NCBI GenBank assembly: GCA_946403735.1
Contig: CAMJAZ010000001.1
Span: 1 to 24,196 of the forward strand
Length of the DNA: 24,196 nt
Source: an uncultured Selenomonadales bacterium
Lineage (GTDB): Bacteria; Bacillota; Negativicutes; Selenomonadales; Selenomonadaceae
Reading direction: 5' to 3'
A program made the position numbers and the translations under genes. Position 1 is the first letter of the stretch, and every line of letters begins with the position of its first letter. This document shows positions 1-7,494 of the stretch, piece by piece. The notes under the pieces are model-generated. The model was not told where the DNA came from. It worked only from the letters and a program-made list of their open reading frames with translations, and made no database searches.

Positions 1-37
1 CGCCTTGAGTGTTCCGAAAGTTATGATCTGAGAGACT

Positions 38-448
38 TTGTCCCTGCCGTATTTGGGCGAAGACCGCGCAGAAGCTCAATATCCAATGAAGTCTTTCTTC
101 GACGCAGGCGTCGTAGTCACTCAAGCTTGCGACTATCCTGTTACAACAGTTCCAACTCCGCTTTTAGCCATTCAAACTGGCGTTATTCGTCAACTTCCTA
201 ATCAACCTGAAACTGTACTTTGGGCAAATGAACGCGTCACAGTAGAGCAGATGATTGAGGCGGCGACGTTGAACGGTGCATATGAATTGAAGTGTGAAGA
301 CAAGTTTGGAAGTATAACCGTTGGCAAGCAGGCTGACATTGTCGTAATTGATTCTGACATTACCGCTTGCAATCCCGAACATATTGCCGAATCAAAAGTT
401 TTGCGTACAATGATAGGTGGCGAATGGGTTTACTCTTGCACGGAGTAA
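38..448 (+). CDS. Amidohydrolase family 3 (YtcJ-like) metal-dependent hydrolase, C-terminal part; the gene begins before the window
   Basis: Motifs YPMKSFFDAGVVVTQACDYPV, T.NGAY....E...GSITVGKQADIVVID and VLRTMIGGEWVY are typical of amidohydrolase_3 C-termini. The same frame has a TGA at 29-31, so the upstream part may be interrupted. Confidence 0.85.
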   Translation: MSLPYLGEDRAEAQYPMKSFFDAGVVVTQACDYPVTTVPTPLLAIQTGVIRQLPNQPETVLWANERVTVEQMIEAATLNGAYELKCEDKFGSITVGKQADIVVIDSDITACNPEHIAESKVLRTMIGGEWVYSCTE

Positions 449-466
449 AAATTTTAATTAACGATT

Positions 467-1102
467 ATGAAAAAAAGAAATTTTACCAGATTATTTGATA
501 GCCGAAAAAGCCGTCTTGATTCGCGTATAAGACGTGATTATATTGATAATGGAATTGCAACGTTGCGTTGTTGTATTTCAAGCTACAACGATGTAATAAG
601 TACATACAGCGCCAAAGACCAAGAAAGTTTGAATTTAGATTTTGTTGAATTTCTTCAAAATTCAGCTGGACCAATTCCCGATGAATATCCACTTGTTTTG
701 AATATCGTTGGGAATTGCTTATCAGAAGAGGAGAAAGATACAATCGAAGAAATTATCCGTGATGATTTTTCTTATAGGCTCGGCATTGTTGAACAGGAAC
801 AAAACAGAGAATTTAAATTATTCATATCAATGATAATCGGATTAATAGTTAGCGGAATTCTCCTGTGGCTGACATCTTCACTTGACGAAGTACCGCGCGA
901 AATTTTTATTGTCTTTTTTTGGTTTTTCGGCGATAGAATGTTCGAATACATTTTTATAACAGGGTATGAACTTAGAAAGGAAAGGCGTCTCGCAGGACGA
1001 TTAGCAAGTATCAAAGTTATTTTTTCGGACAAATATGAAAAAATTCATTATACGGAAGATGAAATTAACAAGTTGTACGCCGAACTTGATTTGGATCAAT
1101 AA
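467..1102 (+). CDS. Hypothetical membrane protein with two predicted C-terminal TM helices
   Basis: 211-aa ORF, ATG start 18 nt after the previous stop. Hydrophobic stretches FKLFISMIIGLIVSGILLWLT and EIFIVFFWFFG..MFEYIFITG. No family recognised. Confidence 0.75.
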   Translation: MKKRNFTRLFDSRKSRLDSRIRRDYIDNGIATLRCCISSYNDVISTYSAKDQESLNLDFVEFLQNSAGPIPDEYPLVLNIVGNCLSEEEKDTIEEIIRDDFSYRLGIVEQEQNREFKLFISMIIGLIVSGILLWLTSSLDEVPREIFIVFFWFFGDRMFEYIFITGYELRKERRLAGRLASIKVIFSDKYEKIHYTEDEINKLYAELDLDQ

Positions 1103-1157
1103 TCTGCTACAGTCGAAAATTTTACAACATACTCTAAAAATGAAAGGATGATTTATT

Positions 1158-2627
1158 GTGTTGGAAAATTTGAATATTAAAACTCGTTACGGAACGTTTA
1201 ACGGTTTTGTTAATGAAAACGGCGTTAGTACTTGGCTGGGCATTCCCTACGCTCAACCGCCTGTAGGTAAACTTCGTTGGCAAGCTCCACAACCTTTGCA
1301 ACCTTCCGACAAAACTTTTGACGCTAAAAAATTTGGCGCGGCGGCTGTGCAAGCCGTCGACCCTACGGAAGACGCATCTTCATATTCCGTACAAAGTGAA
1401 GACTGCTTGACGCTGAATATTTGGAAAAAAAGCGACAAGAAAAATTTGCCTGTAATGGTTTTCATTCACGGCGGCGGCTTTAGTGTCGGCGGTTCAGTTG
1501 ATTCACTTTATAATGGTAGTAATTTTGCGGCGGCGCATGATGTTATTATTGTCACGTTGAATTATCGTTTGAATGTTTTCGGCTTTATGAACTTTGCAAG
1601 CCTTGACGCAAATTTTGAAGACAGCGGATATCTCGGCATTAAAGATCAAACTGCGGCGTTGACTTGGATTAAAGAAAATATTTCAAACTTCGGCGGAAAT
1701 CCCGATAATATAACGATTTTTGGACAAAGTGCTGGTTCCATTTCTTGTATGTTACTTTCCGTTACTCCTGCCGCAAAAAATCTTTTCAATAAAGCAATTC
1801 CGCAGTCAGCTACTTTGAATTTTTATAATACTCCTGAAGATTCGGCAAAAACTGCAGAAAAATTTATGAATAACAGCGGCGTTAAAACTGTTAGCGATTT
1901 GATGAAAAAAACTACCGACGAAATTTTAAATATTTATTTAAAAGTCAGCGTCGGCGGTATTGGTGAAAATCCATCTGAATATTTGCCGACTTGCGACGGT
2001 AAATTTTTGCCTAAAAATCCTTTGCAAGCGTTAAAAGACGGTGCGGCTAGCGGAATTAAATTTTTAACAGGTAATGTTGCTGATGAATGGCGACTTTGGT
2101 TGCAATTTGATGAAAACTTTTTCAAAAAAGTTCGTAGCAATCATAAAAAATTTTCGCCTATTCTTTCAAGATACAACGAAAAAACGCCAGAGGAAGTTTA
2201 TCAATCGTGGCTGAAAAATCGTAATGACAGTGAAGATACTTACAGCGAATTTGCAACGCAGTTGGATTGGCGCGTAGGTCAAGAGTTGACGGCTGAATAT
2301 CAATCGAAGTTCGAAGATGTATATTTTTATGTTTTCACTCATCAGTTAAATGAAATAGTGCGTGCGTGTCACGATAGCGATTTGCCGTATACCTTCAACG
2401 CACTGGATGAATTACCTAATGCCGCGCCGAATCTTTCAAAACAAATTCAAGCGTCGTGGGCGGCATTTGCAACGACAGGTAACCCCGATAATGAACTTAT
2501 TCTGCATTGGGAAAAATATTCCGCCGACAATCGCCAGACAATGGAATTAAACTCAAAAAGCTGTGCCTTACACAAAGATTTGAACACAGAAAATTTAAAC
2601 GCTCTGCGCTACGTCTACGAAAACTAA
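1158..2627 (+). CDS. Type-B carboxylesterase/lipase (COesterase, PnbA-like), apparently intact
   Basis: WLGIPYAQPPVGKLRW, SEDCLTLNIW, oxyanion FIHGGGF, nucleophile elbow FGQSAG, acid in GNVADEW, His in ACHDSDLPY. GTG start preceded by GAAAGGA at 1142-1148. Confidence 0.95.
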   Translation: MLENLNIKTRYGTFNGFVNENGVSTWLGIPYAQPPVGKLRWQAPQPLQPSDKTFDAKKFGAAAVQAVDPTEDASSYSVQSEDCLTLNIWKKSDKKNLPVMVFIHGGGFSVGGSVDSLYNGSNFAAAHDVIIVTLNYRLNVFGFMNFASLDANFEDSGYLGIKDQTAALTWIKENISNFGGNPDNITIFGQSAGSISCMLLSVTPAAKNLFNKAIPQSATLNFYNTPEDSAKTAEKFMNNSGVKTVSDLMKKTTDEILNIYLKVSVGGIGENPSEYLPTCDGKFLPKNPLQALKDGAASGIKFLTGNVADEWRLWLQFDENFFKKVRSNHKKFSPILSRYNEKTPEEVYQSWLKNRNDSEDTYSEFATQLDWRVGQELTAEYQSKFEDVYFYVFTHQLNEIVRACHDSDLPYTFNALDELPNAAPNLSKQIQASWAAFATTGNPDNELILHWEKYSADNRQTMELNSKSCALHKDLNTENLNALRYVYEN

Positions 2628-2630
2628 AGA

Positions 2631-3060
2631 TTATCCCAGATGAACGCATTCACATTTTAAACAACTAAAGTAGTTTTCAACAACGGCGTTCCCTTTAATC
2701 ATATTAAATGACAGCAAAATTTTCTGACATTAAAAAATTAGGTAAAATATGTTTATAGGATTTAGCGCGTAGTGAATTTTCATAAGCTGATGAATTCTTG
2801 CGCGACTGACTCAATATTTTGGATTCGATAATTCGGATTGCAACCTATCCTTTATTTTAACATTTTTGTCCGTCAAAACGAGAACGAGTGCAGATTTATA
2901 GACGCGCATAAAAATAGCGGCGTGTACTTGACAGATTTTTGTAATAGGGTAAAGGAAAAAAGGCGTCATTGTTTAATGGAGAGCCTGCACTAACAGTTGA
3001 AGTCGCGTAAAGATTTTTTTGAAGAAACGGCGTTTATTGCTTGCAGTTAGCTTGTTCCAT
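2631..3060 (-). pseudogene. Heavily degraded IS3-family transposase remnant
   Basis: The minus strand at 2696-2631 reads KGNAVVENYFSCLKCECVHL, resembling the IS3 integrase-core motif DNAVAE(N/S)FFS.LK.E. Upstream fragments in shifting frames (PITKICQV, STRRYFYARL, SRARIHQLMKIH) resemble the IS3 OrfB N-terminus. Many stops and frameshifts; ends not identified. Confidence 0.5.
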
Positions 3061-3459
3061 CGCGTTCGGCTGGTTGACTTCAGCTCTGCAAAATGCAACA
3101 TTGAAATTCCCAGCTACGTCTCAAAATATGTTTATTTAACTTCACAGGCGATTATTGCGAAAGGATGCAACTAGTTATAATAATAACGATTTTTAGCGAT
3201 GTCAACGGAAACAAATATTGTAATTATATATTGCCAAAAGAAGAATTGAATAATGAAAGCAAAAAAAGTTTGACCGTACCTTCGACGCAAGCCACTAAAC
3301 AAAGTGACGGCATTCTTACCATAAACAAAATTTTTTTCGGAGAATCTAAAATTATCGTAAAGATAAAGTTTACAGACGGTAGAAAATTTTTGACATGTAC
3401 AAAAAAATTCAGTTTCCTTTTTGTAAGTATCAAAAATTCTTCTGTCGTCTGGAAGTTAC

Positions 3460-4207
3460 CGAAGACGCGCCACGAAAGCCCTTTAGCTGTGGGGATGAAA
3501 CGCTGGAGGTGATTAAATGAAGACCTTTCGTTTTAAATTATATAAATCTGAACGAAATGAAAAATTGAATAATAAAATAAACGCGGCAGGTCTCATTTAT
3601 AATCATTGTATTGCCCTACATAAAAGATACTACAAGATTTTCGGCAAATACTTAAATAAAAATCACCTGCAGAAACATCTTATTAAGCTTAAGAAAATAC
3701 CTAAATTCAGTTAAGTGAGGAAGTATAAGTCATTCACGCTAAATTTCCAATCACGAAGAATAAGCGGTAAAGTCAAAACGGTAACGCGAACAGGTAAAAG
3801 CGTCGGTTTCGACTTCGGCTTGCAAAAATCTTTCACGAATCACGACTTCCATTTCAAATTAGCGCGTCAACTTTGTTTGGAATACGAAACCATTTGCATA
3901 GAAGATTTAAATATAAAAGGAATGCAAAGGTTGTACGGCAAGAAAATCGGCGATTTAGCCTTCAGTGAATTTGTAAACATTTTAAAATACACGGCGACAA
4001 AGTTTGATGTGTTAAGGATTTAAATGTACGTGAATGGATATGTACGAACTGCGAAACAGAACAGGATAGAGACAGAAACGCCGCGATAAACATTTTGAAT
4101 TTTGGGTTGGGATATCGACCCATGCAGTAGACCGAGTAAGACTTAATTTTTTAAGCATCGATTGTTGATAGCACAATCCCCCGCCTTTAGGCTCGGAAGT
4201 ATGTCAA
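3460..4207 (+). mobile_element. IS200/IS605-family (tnpB-only, IS1341/IS608-like) element, internally deleted and non-autonomous, 748 bp
   Basis: Preceded by TTAC (3456-3459). AAAG at +16..+19 (3475-3478) is followed by a damaged left hairpin ccctttagctgtgggg. Right hairpin tcccccgcctttaggctcggaa, terminal TCAA at 4204-4207, tnpB remnant inside. TTAC/AAAG/TCAA are the established ISHp608 cleavage and guide tetranucleotides. Confidence 0.85.
3517..4130 (+). pseudogene. tnpB: TnpB (IS605 OrfB, RNA-guided endonuclease family) pseudogene with several internal deletions
   Basis: RBS GGAGGT at 3505-3510. N-terminal MKTFRFKLY...IYNHCIALHKRYY, RuvC-I GFDFGL, RuvC-II ICIEDLNIKGM, and in a shifted frame WICTNC...[10 protein letters not shown] (second Zn-finger half and RuvC-III). 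Stop at 3712-3714 and frameshift near 4011-4020. Confidence 0.9.
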
Positions 4208-4225
4208 AACATATTATGGAAACGG
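4085..4225 (+). ncRNA. Putative TnpB omegaRNA (right-end RNA) with flank-derived guide aacatattatggaaacgg; boundaries approximate
   Basis: Established: TnpB omegaRNAs derive from the tnpB 3' end and the right end plus the downstream flank. Seen: the tnpB 3' end and right-end hairpin are retained. Expression not shown. Confidence 0.4.
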
Positions 4226-4256
4226 AATAATGTTTTAAATTCATTACCGTCAAGAC

Positions 4257-4385
4257 ATGTTAAAAATTCGCCAGCTGATATTGGGGCATGCGTCGCAAGA
4301 TATAACTAGCCGCGTTTATACGCATAAAATTTTTCAACAACTTTCGGATGCGATAAGTTTAAAATTTTTTAAAAAATTTTTATGA
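4257..4385 (+). pseudogene. C-terminal stub of a tyrosine recombinase/phage-type integrase
   Basis: Translates to MLKIRQLILGHASQDITSRVYTHKIFQQLSDAISL, matching the box II LGH...IT..VYTH motif with the catalytic Tyr. The upstream part is missing (in-frame TAA at 4236-4238). Confidence 0.75.
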
Positions 4386-4457
4386 ATTCTTAATAATTTT
4401 AATTTGGTACGTATAAGGAGTGAAAATAAAAAAATTAAAAGAAAGGCGGTCATAAAA

Positions 4458-4703
4458 ATGACGACACAAGAAAAAATTGAACAAACTAAAGGACTTTTTG
4501 AGGACAAAGAATTTATCGAAAAGTTTTCACAGGTTGCAACGGTAGCTGAGGCGCAGGCACTCTTCAAAAGTTACAGAATAGAAATTTCTGCAGAAGAATT
4601 TAAAATGATTGGCGAAATTGCGCAGGGCATTAAAAGCGGCGAACTTGAAGAAGGTGAACTTCCCGACGATTTGGCAGAAAAAGTTGCAGGCGGTGCAGCA
4701 TGA
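4458..4703 (+). CDS. Nif11-like leader peptide RiPP/bacteriocin precursor (leader + GG + AA, then UGA)
   Basis: ATG at 4458 after GAAAGGCGGT. MTTQEKIEQTKGLFEDKEFIEKF...AEAQALFKSYRIEISAEEF...GELPDDLAEKVAGG matches the Firmicute Nif11-type leader ending in a double-glycine motif. Confidence 0.8.
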   Translation: MTTQEKIEQTKGLFEDKEFIEKFSQVATVAEAQALFKSYRIEISAEEFKMIGEIAQGIKSGELEEGELPDDLAEKVAGGAA

Positions 4704-4895
4704 GTAGGCGACTACATCAAAGGTTTTGCAGCAATCTTGTATGGATTCGCTGGCATAATCGACCAAGTTATCAAGTTGTTCAAAGGTGAAAAGATTGAAA
4801 ACAATCCTCTTGAACAAAATAATTCTCAATCTACCACCAACACCACCACCAACACTACCACGAAAACTTCCCAAAAAACTACTAAAGAAGATTAA
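4704..4895 (+). other. In-frame continuation of the Nif11 precursor beyond UGA (probable core peptide plus Thr/Asn-rich tail)
   Basis: The frame stays open for 63 codons: VGDYIKGFAAILYGFAGIIDQVIKLFKGEKIENNPLEQNNSQSTTNTTTNTTTKTSQKTTKED, ending in TAA at 4893-4895. Confidence 0.7.
4833..4862 (+). repeat. Short 12-bp tandem repeat (accaccaacacc x ~2.5) encoding TTNT
   Basis: accaccaacacc / accaccaacact / accacg read directly from the sequence. Confidence 0.6.
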
Positions 4896-4908
4896 TTGAA
4901 AAAATTAT

Positions 4909-5307
4909 CGAAAAGCGGCGTAATACCCCCTAGCTTTAGCTATGGGGATATAAGCCGCAATTATTGACTTTAGAAATAACATAGCTTAAAATTTAATCAG
5001 CGGTTAGCCTTCCGCTTTATCAAAAACGTGTAAAAAATCAACGGCTCGTGTCTTGCAAACAATGAAGTCGTTTTGGAGTGGGGGCATCCCGTACACTAAC
5101 CCGCACTGTAGCGCGACACTTAGCGATTTTTCGCCAGATTGAGTGAACTTAAAGAAGTGTGTTACAAATAAAAAAAGCAGGCATTTTAGCAGAAAAAGTA
5201 AGCTGAAACCTTCGGGTAACAGTGTAGTGGTAACTTGGCATTGCCTTTGAGAATAAGAACTTAGTTCAAACTTCTCATCAATCCTTCATAAGCGTGGGGA
5301 GTGTCAA
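4909..5307 (+). mobile_element. ORF-less IS200/IS605 derivative (PATE/MITE-like), 399 bp
   Basis: Preceded by TTAT (4905-4908). Left hairpin cccctagctttagctatgggg (4927-4947) is nearly identical to the IS608-type left palindrome, with an outer stem gcggc/gccgc (4915-4919/4954-4958). Degenerate right hairpin tccttcataagcgtgggga, terminal TCAA at 5304-5307. No ORF of 60 aa or more inside. Confidence 0.8.
4964..4992 (+). promoter_or_regulatory. Sigma70/SigA-type promoter inside the mini-IS left end
   Basis: TTGACT (4964-4969), 17-nt spacer, TAAAAT (4987-4992). Predicted TSS near 4999. Confidence 0.7.
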
Positions 5308-5330
5308 AAGCTGAAATATAAACAGAAAAT
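4999..5330 (+). ncRNA. Candidate structured RNA (omegaRNA-like) transcribed from the mini-IS, with flank-derived 3' segment
   Basis: Hand-found pairings: agcgg/ccgct (4999-5003/5012-5016), cacta/tagtg (5094-5098/5225-5229), cactgt/acagtg (5104-5109/5219-5224), gcga-tttt-tcgc (5123-5134), tttagc/gctgaa (5185-5190/5202-5207), acc-TTCG-ggt (5208-5217), tgagaa/ttctca (5248-5253/5272-5277) with inner gaac/gttc. Confidence 0.5.
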
Positions 5331-5332
5331 CT

Positions 5333-5366
5333 GCGCGGCGATTCTTAAATAGAATTTCCGCGCTTT
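5333..5366 (+). terminator. Hairpin, probable (weak) intrinsic terminator
   Basis: gcgcgg/ccgcgc (5333-5338/5358-5363) with inner attct/agaat, followed by only TTT. Confidence 0.5.
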
Positions 5367-5395
5367 AACGTTTATAACCTAAGGAGGAAATAAAT

Positions 5396-5825
5396 TTGAA
5401 TAAAAAAGCTGAAAGTTTTAAAAACTTTATTGATGAAAAAACACCCTAACATTTTTGATGTGGAAGAAATTCCAAATGACGAACAAAATACAACGGTTTT
5501 TCGGTCGTCAATCACAATCGCAGGACAGCGTTTGTTGGCAATGGTAATAATTGACGACAGCATTTTTACAATCCTTCGTGTACAAATTTTGCCGCAAGCC
5601 GTTACTGAAGAAAATAAAGCGGCACTTTTGGATTTAATCAATGAACAGAATAAAGGTTACAAGCCATTTAAACTTTATCTCAACGATAACAAAGATTTAA
5701 TGCTTGATACTTGCCTTACCGTTACGACAGATGAACTTGACGGCGAAGTTGTTTATACTTTGTTCGACGTGATAATAACTTACTTGAATAATTCTTACCG
5801 TAAAATTATGAAAGTCGTTTGGTAA
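5396..5825 (+). pseudogene. YbjN-like / type III secretion chaperone-fold small cytoplasmic protein (possibly LktC-like), +1 frameshift in an A6 tract
   Basis: Strong RBS AAGGAGG (5381-5387) and TTG at 5396. MNKKAESFKNFIDEK joins HPNIFDVEEIP...TVFRSSITIAGQRL..MVIIDDSIFTILRV...LLDLINEQNKGYKPFKLYL...LMLDTC if one A is removed from A6 (5436-5441), giving ~142 aa. The fold assignment is from pattern recognition only. Confidence 0.65.
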
Positions 5826-5831
5826 AAATTT

Positions 5832-7472
5832 ATGAAAAAAATTATCTTTGCAATGACGGTCGTATTAAGTTTTGTTTCAGTAGGTCAAGCCGCGCCCATT
5901 GCTGGTGACGCCGATGTTCAGATGAACGATACTTTGAAATAACTTGAACGCCAGAGAATACAGCGGCAGATTGAGGAAGATTTGCAACGTCGCGAAGAAA
6001 ATGTAACTGATGAACGCGATCAAGATGTCACGACAACTAAACCTGAAGACAAAATTTTTTTGAGTTACGCGATATAACGATTGATTCTTCGGAAATAATC
6101 AGCGCTGAAACGCTTGACGAAATTAAAAGCCCATATCTTAATCGTGAAGTTACTTTAGATGATATTTTCGATATTATTCAAAAGATTAATGACATTTATG
6201 AACAAGGCGGCTTTATGACTTGTCGAGCTTACTTGAAACCACAGCCCATAAAGGGCGGCGTTGTTCACATAAATTTAAACGAAGGTACGGCGGGGGAAGT
6301 AAATCTTTCGGGCAATAATTCTACAAGAGAATCCTACGTAAGAGATCGCATTTCCCTTGACGGAGGAGAAATTCCCAACATAAAAAAAATTGACCGTGAC
6401 ATTACCTGTTTTAATGCAACCAATGACGCGCAGTTACGAATTGTGATGAAGACTGGTAAAGATTTTGGCACTACAGATTTTGAAATAATTTTGGTTGAGC
6501 CGCAACGTTCAACCGTAAGCGTAATTGTCGATAATACAGGGCAAGAATCTACTGGTGAATGGCGCGAAGGCATTTTTTATAATTTCCGTAGCCTTGCTGG
6601 CGTACGTGATTTATTTTCAATCGGCTATACCCACACAATCGGTTCAGACGCACTTAATTTAAGCTATGAAATTCCTATTACCACTTTAGGTACAAAATTT
6701 CGGCTTGATTATTCAACCAACGGAACTGAAGTTAAAAGCGGCGCTTACAAAAATTTGATTCGTTCACACGCTACCTATTATGGCGCAACGATAACGCATC
6801 CTTTATCAGTAAGCTTGACTAATCGGTCGGAATGGTCATTATCCCTTTCAAATCAAAAATCTGTAAGTACTTTTGAAGATGTCGGCAATTTCTCGGAAAA
6901 TAAAAATCTTGGCGCTGAACTTGCCTTTTCACAATTTAATTATGACGTTGGGTCAATTCTTTATCAGCGCCACGCCTACCGTATCGGCAAGTACAAAAAC
7001 TTAATCGACGATACCAAAGATAATTTTGGGCTTTATAAATTCAGCGGTTTTGTACGGAAAGTGCAACCGCATGGACAATCTTTGTACGGAAGAATCGATG
7101 CGCAACTTTCTTCTAAAAAAGACTTGCCGTCATCCGAACAATATTATTTAGGTGGTTTTTATAGTGTTCGCGGCTACAAAGAAAAAATAGTTGAAGGCAA
7201 TGACGGTTTCAGTTTCAGTTTAGAATATGCGGCTCCGCTGAATAGCAAAAAAAAATTTATCTGCCTTTGCATTTCTTGACGGCGGCAAAATTATAAATTC
7301 GCCTGAATATGCTGAAAATCCATTTTTATTATCAACAGGATTCGGCTTTAAATATTCGCCGCTAAAAAATATTTCAGCCAACGTAACTTTAGGATTTCCG
7401 TTGAAACGTAATATCAGCGGACAAACTGTAAACAAATCGCGTATAAATTTTTCATTTAGTGGCGCGTTTTAA
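5832..7472 (+). pseudogene. TpsB (ShlB/FhaC/HecB family) two-partner secretion outer-membrane transporter, disrupted
   Basis: Signal peptide MKKIIFAMTVVLSFVSVGQA, POTRA-like segment (YLNREVTLDDIFDIIQKINDIYEQGGFMTCRAYLKPQ), loop-6 motif YYLGGFYSVRGY, terminal Phe (...FSFSGAF). Lesions: TAA at 5940-5942, -1 in T7 (6055-6061), +1 in A9 (7247-7255). Confidence 0.92.
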
Positions 7473-7494
7473 GCAAAGGGGGAGGTTTGCGGCA

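Noticed and set aside
3165-3512. 115-aa plus-strand ORF (and the 3224-3433 minus-strand ORF)
   Set aside because: No RBS or recognisable motif, and it runs into the IS left end. Probably a chance ORF or unidentifiable debris.
4404-4457. Upstream GTG/TTG extension of the Nif11 ORF given in the ORF track
   Set aside because: It translates an A-rich intergenic stretch. The ATG at 4458 has an RBS-like GAAAGGCGGT and begins the recognisable leader.
29-4703. UGA read as Trp (genetic code 4): in-frame TGAs at 29-31 and 4701-4703 both fall where Trp is plausible, and all clear genes end in TAA
   Set aside because: The long open frames (esterase, TpsA pieces, TpsB) contain many Trp residues, all encoded by TGG. 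A code-4 AT-rich genome would use TGA widely. Isolated TGG-to-TGA changes explain the pattern better.
5308-5316. The putative guide start AAGCTGAAA also occurs at 5200-5208, 5406-5414 and 11498-11506
   Set aside because: Only 9 nt of A-rich identity, the matches do not extend, and none is preceded by TTAT. Not credible as targets.
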